DNA of 64,000 nucleotides, taken from contig JBDHHQ010000015.1 in assembly GCA_039589315.1 (NCBI GenBank), positions 32,001-96,000 of the forward strand, written 5' to 3'. The notes under the pieces were generated by a model. That model was given only the letters and a program-made list of their open reading frames with translations. It did no database searches and was not told the origin of the DNA. How positions within the stretch are numbered: position 1 is the stretch's first letter; every line of letters begins with the position of its first letter. The stretch comes from Gemmatimonadota bacterium. Lineage in GTDB: Bacteria; Gemmatimonadota; Gemmatimonadetes; Longimicrobiales; Gaopeijiaceae. The translations under genes and the position numbers were made by a program. Below are positions 18,839-28,744 of this stretch, piece after piece.

Positions 18839-20113
18839 GTGTGGGACAAGGATCGTAGCCGTAGGATCGGCGGCCGTGAGCTTCGGCCCGAAAGCCTGAT
18901 GATGAGCTACGGGTACCGGCCGGAGTGGTCCGAGGGCGCTCTCAAATCGCCCATCTTCCAGACTTCGACTTTCGTCTTCAAGACAGCCGAAGAGGGCAAG
19001 GCCTTCTTCGAGATCGCCTACGGACTCAGGGAGAGGGGCCCCGAGGAGGAGCTGGGGCTCATCTACTCCCGCCTCAACAATCCGTCGCTGGAGATCCTCG
19101 CCGATCGGCTCACCCTCTGGGACGGCGCCGAGGCCTGCGCGACGTTCGAGAGCGGCATGGCCGCCATCTCCACCACCGCCCTCACCTTCCTCCGACCCGG
19201 CGACCTGCTGCTCTACACCCAGCCTGTCTACGGGGGCACCGAGTACCTCTTTCGCCACATCCTGCCAGGGTTCGATATCGAGACACGCGGTGTGGAGGCG
19301 GGCGCGGGCACCGAAGCCATGGCCGAGGCCGTGCCTGCCGACGAAAGGCGCCGCCTGGCCATGATCCACGCGGAGACGCCGGCCAACCCAACGAACCACC
19401 TCGTGGACATCCAGGCCTGCGCCGCTCTGGCCAGGGAGTCGGGCACCGCGGAACGGCGGTGCCTGGTGGCGGTGGACAACACGTTCCTCGGCCCACTGTG
19501 GCAGCATCCACTGCAGCACGGCGCCGACCTGGTCCTCTATTCGCTGACGAAATTCGTCGGTGGTCACTCCGATCTCATCGCCGGCGCGTGCCTCGGCAGC
19601 GCCGAGCTGATCGGGAGAATGAGGGCGACGCGGACCTTCCTGGGCAGTATGGCCGGTCCCTGGACCGGTTGGTTGCTCCTGAGGAGTCTCGAGACGCTGA
19701 AGCTCCGCATGACGTGCCAGATGAAGAACGCCCGCTACTTGGCGGATTTCCTCGACAGCCACCCCAAGGTGGACCGTGTCCATTACCTGGGACATCTGAC
19801 CGAAGCCGACGCCGACTTCGAGCTCTACCGCAGGCAGTGCCTCTCGCCGGGGTCCATGATCTCGTTCGAGGTCCACGGAGGAGAGGCCGAGGCGTTCAGA
19901 TTCCTCAACGCCCTCGAGCTCATCAAGCTGGCAGTGAGCCTCGGAGGGACCGAGTCGTTGGCCGAGCACCCGGCAACGATGACCCACTCGGACATCCCCC
20001 CCGACGACCAGGGCGAGATGGGCATCAAGCCGGCGATGATCCGGCTCTCCGTGGGAGTCGAGCACCCGGAGGATCTCATCGCGGACATCGAGCGCGCGTT
20101 GGCGGCCGTCTAG
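18839..20113 (+). CDS. Cystathionine gamma-synthase/methionine gamma-lyase family PLP enzyme
   Basis: AAGGAG RBS then GTG; PIFQTSTF, YSRLNNP, ESGMAAI, ETPANP, VDNTF, SLTKFVGGHSD, AVSLGGTESL. Confidence 0.92.
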   Translation: MWDKDRSRRIGGRELRPESLMMSYGYRPEWSEGALKSPIFQTSTFVFKTAEEGKAFFEIAYGLRERGPEEELGLIYSRLNNPSLEILADRLTLWDGAEACATFESGMAAISTTALTFLRPGDLLLYTQPVYGGTEYLFRHILPGFDIETRGVEAGAGTEAMAEAVPADERRRLAMIHAETPANPTNHLVDIQACAALARESGTAERRCLVAVDNTFLGPLWQHPLQHGADLVLYSLTKFVGGHSDLIAGACLGSAELIGRMRATRTFLGSMAGPWTGWLLLRSLETLKLRMTCQMKNARYLADFLDSHPKVDRVHYLGHLTEADADFELYRRQCLSPGSMISFEVHGGEAEAFRFLNALELIKLAVSLGGTESLAEHPATMTHSDIPPDDQGEMGIKPAMIRLSVGVEHPEDLIADIERALAAV

Positions 20114-20114
20114 G

Positions 20115-21074
20115 CTACCAGACTACGACCCAGGTGGTGAGGATCAGGTAGCACATCAGGAGGATGACCCCCTCCCACCGGCGGATCTGGAACCGTGGCC
20201 GGGCAAGAGGCAGGACCAGCACCGAGAGCAGGATCACCGCGGGTAACTCGATGGCCAGCACCGTCTCGGCGACGCCAAACGGCCGAATGACGGACGCCGT
20301 CCCCAGGACCGCCGTCAGGTTGAAGATGTTGGAGCCGATCACGTTGCCTACGGCGATGTCGGCCTCCTTCCGCAAGGCCGCCACCACGGACGTCGCCAGC
20401 TCCGGCAACGACGTCCCCACGGCCACCAGGGTCAGGCCGATGACCAGGTCGGACACGCCGAGCTCCTGCGCCAGGAAGGTCGCGCTGTCCACGATGGCTT
20501 CGCCGCCGACCACCAGGCCCACCGATCCGGCGGCGATGAGAGCCATGTCTTTGAGCGCCGACTTCCCGGTGAGATTCGCCAAGGCTCGGGCGAAGCGCTC
20601 GTACTCACCGACGACCTCGTCGGTCTCTTCGCTCGCGCTGCGGAGCACGAACACGAGGTAGGCCACCAGGGTGACGAGCAGGATCACGCCGTCGGACCGG
20701 CTGACCACGAGATCGCCCATCACCGGGTACATCATGGCGGTGATCAACAGCATCACCGGCACTTCACGGCGGAGCACCGTCCCGGAGACCTTGAGGGGCA
20801 CGATCACCGCAGTGATTCCCAGGATCAGCCCGAGGTTGGCCAGGTTCGAACCCAGCACGTTGCCGACGGCCAGGTCCCCATTCCCCTTGAGGGTCGCCAC
20901 GGTTGCGACGACTAGCTCCGGCGCCGATGTGCCGAACGAGACCACGGTGAGGCCGACCGCGATGGGCGTGACACCCAGGGATGCGGCCAGACGCGCGGCG
21001 CCTCGCACCAGCCATTCCGCACCGAAGTAGAGGGCCACGACCCCGCCCAGCAGTATGAGCAGCTGCCCGATCAA
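20115..21074 (-). CDS. Calcium/sodium antiporter (CaCA, YrbG-like)
   Basis: Alpha repeats GTSAPE...GNVLGSN and GTSLPE...GNVIGSN; TTG start overlaps the polX TGA. Confidence 0.92.
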   Translation of the reverse strand: MIGQLLILLGGVVALYFGAEWLVRGAARLAASLGVTPIAVGLTVVSFGTSAPELVVATVATLKGNGDLAVGNVLGSNLANLGLILGITAVIVPLKVSGTVLRREVPVMLLITAMMYPVMGDLVVSRSDGVILLVTLVAYLVFVLRSASEETDEVVGEYERFARALANLTGKSALKDMALIAAGSVGLVVGGEAIVDSATFLAQELGVSDLVIGLTLVAVGTSLPELATSVVAALRKEADIAVGNVIGSNIFNLTAVLGTASVIRPFGVAETVLAIELPAVILLSVLVLPLARPRFQIRRWEGVILLMCYLILTTWVVVW

Positions 21075-22834
21075 GCCGCTCTCCGCTTCAGCCAGACCGA
21101 CAGCTCGTCGAGAGAGCGAGTGTTCAGAACGTCGTCCTTCTCCAGCCAGCCCCGACGCGCCTGATCCACCCCCCAGCCCAGGTAGTCCAGGTGCTCGATC
21201 GCGTGTGCGTCCGAGTTGATCGCCACCGTCACGCCCAGCTCCCGTGCCCGCCGCACATGGACGTCCTTCAGGTCTAGCCGAACCGGGTTCGCGTTGAGCT
21301 CCACCGCGACGTCGAGCTCCTTGGCTGCCTGGAGCACGAGCTCCACATCGATCTCGAAGGGAGGCCTGCGGTTGAGCTTTCTGCCGGTGGGGTGCGCCAG
21401 GATGTCAACGTGGGGATTCAGCATCGCCTTCAGAACCCGCTCGGTCATCTTCCTCCTGCTCATGTCCATGACCGAGTGGACGGCAACGATGACCAGGTCG
21501 AGCTCCTCGAGGACGTCGTCGGACATGTCCAACGTCCCGTCCCGGAGGATGTCAACCTCGAGACCCCTCAAGACTCGAAAGCCTCTCAGGCGTCCATTCA
21601 CCTGGTCGATCTCCTTCCACTGTTCGCGGACCCTCTCGGGCGTCAGCCCATTGGACATGGCCATCGCCTGGCTGTGGTCCGTGATCGCCATGTACTCGTA
21701 GCCACGGGCCCTGCACGCCTTCGCCATCTCCCGGATCGAACGCCGACCGTCTGTCCACGTGGAATGCAAGTGGATGTCTCCCCGTATCTGGTCGACTTCC
21801 ACCAGAGAGGGGAGGCTACCCTTCCGCGCCGCCTCGATCTCACCGCGGTTCTGTCTGAGCACAGGGGGAATCCAGGGCAGGTCCACGGCCCCGAAGATCT
21901 CCTCCTCCGTCCGCCCGCCGACCCTCTCGCCGTCTTCGACGCCGAGCGTTTCGGGATCCGACTCCTCGGGTACCCGGAAGACTCCGTACTCACTGATCCG
22001 GAGGCCCCGCTTCACGCCGAGGGTCCGGACGGCCACGTTGTGTTCTTTGGAACCAGTAAAGTAATGCAGTGCGGCGCCGTAGGAGCGGGTCGGGAGAATC
22101 CGGAGATCCACGGGCAGGCCGGCCCGCAGCACGATGCTCCCCCGGGTCTCCCCTGCCATGGTCACCCGCTCGGCGCCGGCAAAGCCCACAAAGTGCTGCA
22201 TCACCGGGCCCCAATCCTCGTCGCACTGGACCAAGAGGTCGATGTCGCCCACCGTCTCCTTGCGGCGTCGAAAGCTGCCCGCCACGTCGACCCGCTCGAC
22301 CCCGGGAGCAGCGGCCATGTGCTCCACCAGCGGTTGGACCAGGGCATCGGCCTCGGAGAGAAGAAAGCGGCCGCCGTGCTTCCGGTGCTCTTCGATGGAG
22401 CGTAGGATCTTCTCCACGCTGCGGGCACCGAACCCCTCCAGGACGGCGACCTCCCCCTCCTTCGCGGCCTTCTCCAGCTCGTCGACCGTGGTCACGCCCA
22501 GCTCGTCCCAGAGTCGTCTGGCCTTCTTGGGGCCTACGCCCTCGAGCCGGGTCAGCGTGACCAGACTCCTGGGGATCTCCCGACCCAACGCCTCCAGGCG
22601 CTCGAGTCGGCCGGTGTCCACGAGCTCCTCGATGGCCGCCGCGATGTCCTTGCCTATGGTGGGAACCCGGGTCAGGTCTTCCTCCTCCGCGACCATGTCG
22701 GCCAAGGGTCGGCCGATTCCGCCGATGGTTTGGATCGCTTGCCTATAGGCGCGGATCCGAAACGGATTCGCCCCCTGGATCTCCAGGAGGTCGGCCAGCT
22801 CCCTCAGCGTCGAGGCGATCTCTAGGTTCTCCAT
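21071..22834 (-). CDS. polX: DNA polymerase X with PHP exonuclease domain
   Basis: NPFRIRAY, GSFRR, GDID, YFTGSK; PHP motifs DIHLHS, TDHS, AHP, NSDAH; ATG overlaps the ligA TGA. Confidence 0.93.
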   Translation of the reverse strand: MENLEIASTLRELADLLEIQGANPFRIRAYRQAIQTIGGIGRPLADMVAEEEDLTRVPTIGKDIAAAIEELVDTGRLERLEALGREIPRSLVTLTRLEGVGPKKARRLWDELGVTTVDELEKAAKEGEVAVLEGFGARSVEKILRSIEEHRKHGGRFLLSEADALVQPLVEHMAAAPGVERVDVAGSFRRRKETVGDIDLLVQCDEDWGPVMQHFVGFAGAERVTMAGETRGSIVLRAGLPVDLRILPTRSYGAALHYFTGSKEHNVAVRTLGVKRGLRISEYGVFRVPEESDPETLGVEDGERVGGRTEEEIFGAVDLPWIPPVLRQNRGEIEAARKGSLPSLVEVDQIRGDIHLHSTWTDGRRSIREMAKACRARGYEYMAITDHSQAMAMSNGLTPERVREQWKEIDQVNGRLRGFRVLRGLEVDILRDGTLDMSDDVLEELDLVIVAVHSVMDMSRRKMTERVLKAMLNPHVDILAHPTGRKLNRRPPFEIDVELVLQAAKELDVAVELNANPVRLDLKDVHVRRARELGVTVAINSDAHAIEHLDYLGWGVDQARRGWLEKDDVLNTRSLDELSVWLKRRAA

Positions 22835-24903
22835 CACGGCTGGTCCGGGAGCACCCCGGCATCCTCCAGGAGCCGAATGAAGGCGGACTCGTCCAGGACC
22901 TCCACGCCCAGGTCCTGGGCCTTGGCCAGTTTCGAGCCCGGGTCCGAGCCTGCGACCACGTAGTCCGTCGCCTTGCTCACCGACCCGACGACGCGGCCGC
23001 CGGCCCCTTCTACCAGCTCCTTGGCCCGTGGACGGCTGAATCCCTCCAGGCCTCCCGTGAACACGAACTTCTTGTCGGCAAGACCGCCTTCCCCAGCCGA
23101 GGCCGCCGGCGGAATCAGCTCGGTCATGCGTTGCAGTACGTGCTCGATAGCCCGTGCGTTCTGCCCGTCGTCCAGGAACGCCCGGATCTGCTCGGACATG
23201 ATGGGCCCGATGCCGTCGACCTCTTCCAGCTCCTCGCGGGTCGCGTCGCGGACCGCTGCGAAGCTGCGGAAATGACGTGCAAGGCCCCGAGCCACCGTAG
23301 CCCCGACTTCGGGGATCCCCAGCCCGAACAAAAAGCGCGCCAGCTCCACCCGGCGGCGTGCTTCGATGGCCGCGACGAGGTTGGTCGCCGACTTGTCTGC
23401 GAAGCCGGGGAGCCGGACCAGGTTCTCCGCCTCGAGATCGAACAGCTCGGCCAGCTCGGTGACCAGCCCTTCCTCGACGAAGAGCCGGGCGGTTTCTTCG
23501 CCCAGCCCTTCGATATCCAGCGCGTGTCGCGACCCGAAGTGGATGATCCGGCCCTTTAGCTGGGCCGGACACCCGAAGCGGTTCGGACATACCACGAAAG
23601 GCCCCCTCGTCATGACCTCGGTTTCACACGCCGGACAGCGTGTGGGCATCGTGAACGGAGCCCCACGCTCCTGACCGTCCTCTTCGACCCTCCCCACGAC
23701 CTGAGGGATCACGTCGCCGGCGCGCTGCACGCGAACGAGATCTCCGGGTCGTACGTCTTTGCGCTCGAGCTCCTCGCGGTTGTGCAGGGTCGCACGAGAC
23801 ACGGTCACGCCCCCCACCTCCACGGGCCTCAGCAGCGCCACGGGCGTGATCACGCCGGTTCTCCCGACCGAGACGGCAATACGCTCGATGCGGGTGACCT
23901 CCTTTCTGGGCTCGAACTTGTACGCGATGGCCCAGCGGGGATGGTGGGAGGTCTCGCCGAGATCGACCCTGGCGTCGATGTCGTTGAGCTTGATCACTAC
24001 ACCGTCGATCTCGTAGTCTAGCTCGTCGCGGTCCCGATCGAACTTGTTCCGGTACTCGATGGCCTCGTCGATGCCGTCGACCAGGCTCACCCGGTCCGGG
24101 ATCGGCAGTCCCCACCCGCGGAGCGCCGCTACCCCTTGCGCGTCGTCCCGATGATCCGCCCCGCGCACGGCCAGGATGTCGTATGCGAGGAAGCGCAGCG
24201 GGCGTCGCGCCGTGATGGCCGAATCCAGCTGGCGAAGAGCCCCCGCCGAGGCGTTTCTCGGATTCGCGAACGGCTCTTCGCCGTTCTCCACCAACGATTG
24301 GTTCAGCCCTTCGAAGTCGCTCAGGTACATCAGGACTTCGCCTCGAACGCTCAGAAGGGCGGGTGCCGGGCGATCTTCCGTCCGAAGGCGTAGCGGCACC
24401 GACTGGATCGTGCGGACGTTGGCCGTGACTTCCTCGCCTCTCGTGCCGTTTCCTCGGGTCACGGCCCGCACCAGCAGCCCGTCCTCGTAAACGACCTCGA
24501 GCGACGCGCCGTCCAGTTTGGGCTCGAGCAGGTACTGCACCCTGCCTTCCACCGCCTTCCGCACCCGCTCATCGAAGCGCCGAACCTCGGCCTCGGACTG
24601 CGTGGAATCGAGGGAGAGCATCGGGACCGCGTGGGTGGCGGTCGGCAGCGAATCGACGGGCTCCGCTCCCACGCGTCGCGTCGGGGAGTCCGGTGTCTGG
24701 AGAGCGGGGTGCGCAGCCTCGAGGGCAGCGAGGCGACGAAACAGCCGGTCCCACTCGGCGTCGGAGATCTCCGGCCTCGCCTCCACATAGTAGAGGTAGT
24801 TGTGACGCCGGATCTCGGTCCTGAGCCGTTCGGCCTCCTTCTCGGCCTGCTCGGGCGAAAGGGCCCTGGGTCCTGCCTCGCTGGTCGAGTCGATGGAGGT
24901 CAC
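22834..24903 (-). CDS. ligA: NAD-dependent DNA ligase
   Basis: YY...ISDAEWD, MLSL, EPKLDG, TRGNG, NPRNASAG, DGVVIK, C4 zinc finger, HhH, BRCT; start approximate. Confidence 0.96.
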   Translation of the reverse strand: MTSIDSTSEAGPRALSPEQAEKEAERLRTEIRRHNYLYYVEARPEISDAEWDRLFRRLAALEAAHPALQTPDSPTRRVGAEPVDSLPTATHAVPMLSLDSTQSEAEVRRFDERVRKAVEGRVQYLLEPKLDGASLEVVYEDGLLVRAVTRGNGTRGEEVTANVRTIQSVPLRLRTEDRPAPALLSVRGEVLMYLSDFEGLNQSLVENGEEPFANPRNASAGALRQLDSAITARRPLRFLAYDILAVRGADHRDDAQGVAALRGWGLPIPDRVSLVDGIDEAIEYRNKFDRDRDELDYEIDGVVIKLNDIDARVDLGETSHHPRWAIAYKFEPRKEVTRIERIAVSVGRTGVITPVALLRPVEVGGVTVSRATLHNREELERKDVRPGDLVRVQRAGDVIPQVVGRVEEDGQERGAPFTMPTRCPACETEVMTRGPFVVCPNRFGCPAQLKGRIIHFGSRHALDIEGLGEETARLFVEEGLVTELAELFDLEAENLVRLPGFADKSATNLVAAIEARRRVELARFLFGLGIPEVGATVARGLARHFRSFAAVRDATREELEEVDGIGPIMSEQIRAFLDDGQNARAIEHVLQRMTELIPPAASAGEGGLADKKFVFTGGLEGFSRPRAKELVEGAGGRVVGSVSKATDYVVAGSDPGSKLAKAQDLGVEVLDESAFIRLLEDAGVLPDQP

Positions 24904-25280
24904 GAACGCCTGCGCTGGGGAATACGGAGGCCCCGAGGCGCCGACGAGTGGTCTCAACCAACGCCCAGGGACCCGTGTCTGCTCTGCAGAGGACCCTACG
25001 GTAATCATCCGACGAGTGCCGCGGGAGGGGCTTGCGCCCTGCGGAGGCGGTTCACGCTGGTGAGACGGGGAGTGCCCAGACCGGCAGGAGCCTGGGGGGC
25101 GCCCATCCCAGAGCATCCGAGGCCCCTCCTCGGATCCGCTGGCGCGAAGCTGCCGAGCGATCCGGTGAGCGGCGTGGGAGACCCGACCGTGCGTCCGCGC
25201 TTCGGGGGATCATCCCTTTGTCGTCTCTCGCCGGGCCTCGTATGTTGGCCCGATCGTTTCGTCTGTACTGGAGGAATGGA

Positions 25281-26924
25281 ATGAATACTGGCCTGTCCAG
25301 ATTGCTGAGTGTCGCGAATGCCCTGGTAGCGATCACCGTGGCCGCTCCCCTGGCCGCCCAGATGGAGGTGACCACCACCCGCGGCGCCGACGAAGGTGAG
25401 GGGCCCCACGAACGGCTGATCATCCGGGGCGCCACGATCATCGACGGGACGGGCGCTCCGCCTCGGGGTCCCGTGGACATCGTCATCGAAGGCGATCGGA
25501 TCGCCGCCATCGAGTCGGTGGGCTTCCCCTTCGTCGAGATCGACGACAGCCGGCGGCCGGAGGGTGCCACCCGTGAGATCGATGGCACCGGTATGTACGT
25601 GATGCCCGGACTCATCGACATGCACTCACACACGGGCGGCGCGGGCAAGGCACCCCAGGCCGAGTACACGTACAAGTTGTGGATGGCCCACGGCGTCACC
25701 ACGTCACGTGGCGTTCCCCACGGCGACTTCGAGTGGGCGCTCGGCGAAAAGGCCCGTTCCATGCGCAACGAGATCGTGGCTCCCAGGATGTTCGCGTACA
25801 TGAGCCCGGGTAGCGGTGAAGGGTGGGGCGGTCGCCCCATCGACGCCCCCGAAGTCGCCCGGGAATGGGTGCGCTGGGCCGCTGCTCAGGAGATCGACGG
25901 CGCCAAGATCGACGGACTCAAGCTGGGCTCGTACGATCCCGAGATCATGGAGGCCCTCATCGACGAGGCACACCAGCATGGCCTCGGCACCGTGGCTCAC
26001 CTGGGCCAGATGGGCGTGGGTCGGATGACAGCCATGGACGCGGCCCGGATCGGCCTGGACATGATGACCCACTACTACGGGCTGTTCGAGTCGATGCTGG
26101 ACGACTACAGCATCCAGAACTGGCCCGTGGATTACAACTACAACGACGAGCAGCACCGCTTCGGTAATGTCGCCCGCCTCTGGGACCAGATCTACGAGCC
26201 CGGCTCGGACGAGTGGTACGCCACCATGGACGAGTTCATCGAGCTCGGCTTCGGCATCGACCCGACGATGACCATCTACGAGGCCAGCCGTGACGTCATG
26301 CGGGCCCGGGAAGCGGAGTGGCACGACAAGTACACATTGCCCACCCAGTGGGACTTCTATCAGCCCAGCCGCGAGGCCCATGGGTCCTATTGGTTCTACT
26401 GGACCACCGAGGATGAGGTGGCGTGGAGGAACTTCTACCACCGGTGGATGCGGTTCCTGAACGAGTTCAAGAACCGGGGCGGCATCGTCACGACGGGCTC
26501 CGACTCCGGCTTCATCTACAAGCTCTACGGCTTCGATTACATCCGTGAGCTCGAGCTGCTCCGCGAGGCCGGCTTCCATCCGATCGAGGTGATCCGCTCC
26601 GCTACGCTCTACGGAGCCACCAAGCTTCACGAGCCCAAGGGGACCCCCATCGACTTCGGTATCCTCCGGCCGGGCCTGAAGGCGGATCTCGTGGTCGTGG
26701 ATCAGAACCCGCTGGAGAATCTGAAGGTGCTGTACGGCACCGGCGCGGTGAAGATCGATGACGAGACCGGCGCGGTGGAGCGCATCGGCGGCATCAAGTA
26801 CACGATCAAGGACGGGATCGTCTACGACGCCAAGAGGCTCCTCGAGGACGTGGCCCGGATGGTGGAGGAGCAGAAGGCCGAGCGTGAGGCCGTGACGGCC
26901 ACGGACGCGGGGGGCGCGTACTAG
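25281..26924 (+). CDS. Secreted amidohydrolase-family protein (paralog 1)
   Basis: Signal peptide; MPGLIDMHSH, GSDSG, ADLVVV; GGAGG RBS. Confidence 0.88.
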   Translation: MNTGLSRLLSVANALVAITVAAPLAAQMEVTTTRGADEGEGPHERLIIRGATIIDGTGAPPRGPVDIVIEGDRIAAIESVGFPFVEIDDSRRPEGATREIDGTGMYVMPGLIDMHSHTGGAGKAPQAEYTYKLWMAHGVTTSRGVPHGDFEWALGEKARSMRNEIVAPRMFAYMSPGSGEGWGGRPIDAPEVAREWVRWAAAQEIDGAKIDGLKLGSYDPEIMEALIDEAHQHGLGTVAHLGQMGVGRMTAMDAARIGLDMMTHYYGLFESMLDDYSIQNWPVDYNYNDEQHRFGNVARLWDQIYEPGSDEWYATMDEFIELGFGIDPTMTIYEASRDVMRAREAEWHDKYTLPTQWDFYQPSREAHGSYWFYWTTEDEVAWRNFYHRWMRFLNEFKNRGGIVTTGSDSGFIYKLYGFDYIRELELLREAGFHPIEVIRSATLYGATKLHEPKGTPIDFGILRPGLKADLVVVDQNPLENLKVLYGTGAVKIDDETGAVERIGGIKYTIKDGIVYDAKRLLEDVARMVEEQKAEREAVTATDAGGAY

Positions 26925-26948
26925 GAGCGTCCATCTTCGAAGGCCAGG

Positions 26949-26982
26949 GGGGCGCGGGTCGGTTCGTTCCGGCCCGCGCCCC
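26949..26982 (+). terminator. GC-rich hairpin downstream of the amidohydrolase
   Basis: GGGGCGCGGGTCGG-ttcgtt-CCGGCCCGCGCCCC (14-bp stem, one G-U), followed by a pyrimidine-rich tract rather than a poly-U tail. Confidence 0.5.
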
Positions 26983-27093
26983 TCCTCGCTTCTACCGAAG
27001 GCGCAGGCGGGACACCCTTGTCCATCCTGCACGGATCCCTGTAGCCTTCCCAGACCCAGGCTCCCTCGTCGCTTCAAGCCATCGGACTGACCC

Positions 27094-28707
27094 GTGAGCG
27101 CATCGCCGGATTCCTCGTCCCAAAGGCTCGACCGAAAGCTCCGCCTGCTCATGCGGATCGACGAGATCCGGGATGCGGCGGACGAACCGGGAGGGATGTT
27201 GGGCTCCCTGCTGGACTACGTGGTCCGGGATTTCGACGCGGAGCTCGGACTCCTATACTCCCTGCGCCAGCCTTCCCAGGAGCTGGAGTTGCGCGCAGCG
27301 CAGGACCGAAAGGGGATCCTCCAGCGGCTCACAGCGGACGCTCTTCACGGGCTTGCACATGACAGCCTGCGGGTCGACGGTGTGTCCGCCCTCGACGATA
27401 AGGATCTCACCGACCGCTTGGGTTGGCCCACGGATCGGGCGTGCGTCGCCCTGGTGCCCATCGTGATGGGCTCCAGCCAACGGCTCGGCACCATGCTGCT
27501 GCTCCGCAGTCGCGAGCCGTTCTCTGAGGCGGAGGTGGACGCCCTCACCTTCGTGGAAAGCCAGTTGGACTCTGCCCTGGTGCAAGCGAACCGGCTCTTC
27601 GAGCTGGACCTCCGGACCCGTGAGTTGGAGACCATCTACCGCGTCGACAAGATCCGCGACGACGGACTGCCCTTCGACGACATGCTGAACCGGGTGCTCG
27701 AGGAGCTCGGCCGTGTGATCGAGGCCGACATGTCGTTCATCATGCTGTACGACAACCGGGGCGATAAGCTCGAGATGAGGGCGGTGAGCCCGACGGACCT
27801 GGCTCAGACACTCGAGGGGATCCGCGTCGCCGAAGAGACGGCCCGCGAGGCCGTTCTACGCGGTGAGCTGGTGGAGAAGCCGGATCGCGAGGGGCGGGTG
27901 GGCTCCGTCATGTGCGTCCCCCTCATCCTGCACGACGAGATTCTCGGCGTGTTCGGCATGGCCAGCGAGCGCCAGAGAGGCTTCCGGGATCCGGAGCGAC
28001 GGCTCCTGAGCGCGATCGCGAGCCAGACGGACACCGCGATCTTCGAAGGCCTCGAGCGCCGCCGGCTCCGCCAGGTCCTCGGACGCTCGGTCGATCCTGC
28101 CGTCATGGAGCGCCTGCTCGAAAGCTCGGACGTGGAGTTCCTCAGCGGCGAGCGACAGGTCCTGACAGTGCTCTACGGGGACATGCGAGGGTCCACGGCC
28201 CTGGCCGAGGCCACCGAGCCGAGCTTCCTGGTCGAGTTCGTCAACGAGTACCTTGGTGCCATGGCCCAGGTGATCCTCGAAAGCGGTGCGACGCTCGACA
28301 AGTTCGTTGGAGACCAGGTGATGGCCCTGTTCGGCGCCCCGTTTCCGATGGAGGATCATGCACTGCGGGCCGTCAGGGTCGCGGTGGAGATGCAGCGAGT
28401 CTATCGGAAGATCGTCGAGAGATGGAACGCCAGGGGTCTCATGGCTCGCTCCATGGGAATCGGGATTGCCACCGGCGAGCTCACGGTGGGCGAGTTCGGC
28501 TCCGCCCAGCGGAGCGATTACACCGTCATCGGGCATGCGGCGAACCTCGGCGCTCACCTATGCGGCGCCGCCCGGGGCGAGGAGATCCTGCTCAGCGCCG
28601 CGACGTACGAGCTCACACGAGACGCGATCCGCGCGGCGCCTCTGGAGGGACTCCACCTCAAGGGGATCCGCGAGGACCTGAAGGTATATCGCCTCGAATG
28701 GACCTAG
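27094..28707 (+). CDS. Tandem-GAF class III adenylate/guanylate cyclase
   Basis: Two GAF-like segments; GDMRGST, DKFVGD, GIGIATG, DYTVIG; NLGAH instead of NxxxR. Confidence 0.88.
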   Translation: MSASPDSSSQRLDRKLRLLMRIDEIRDAADEPGGMLGSLLDYVVRDFDAELGLLYSLRQPSQELELRAAQDRKGILQRLTADALHGLAHDSLRVDGVSALDDKDLTDRLGWPTDRACVALVPIVMGSSQRLGTMLLLRSREPFSEAEVDALTFVESQLDSALVQANRLFELDLRTRELETIYRVDKIRDDGLPFDDMLNRVLEELGRVIEADMSFIMLYDNRGDKLEMRAVSPTDLAQTLEGIRVAEETAREAVLRGELVEKPDREGRVGSVMCVPLILHDEILGVFGMASERQRGFRDPERRLLSAIASQTDTAIFEGLERRRLRQVLGRSVDPAVMERLLESSDVEFLSGERQVLTVLYGDMRGSTALAEATEPSFLVEFVNEYLGAMAQVILESGATLDKFVGDQVMALFGAPFPMEDHALRAVRVAVEMQRVYRKIVERWNARGLMARSMGIGIATGELTVGEFGSAQRSDYTVIGHAANLGAHLCGAARGEEILLSAATYELTRDAIRAAPLEGLHLKGIREDLKVYRLEWT

Positions 28708-28744
28708 GCCGAGGTCGGTCTGCGATGGCGAACGGGCCGGCAGG

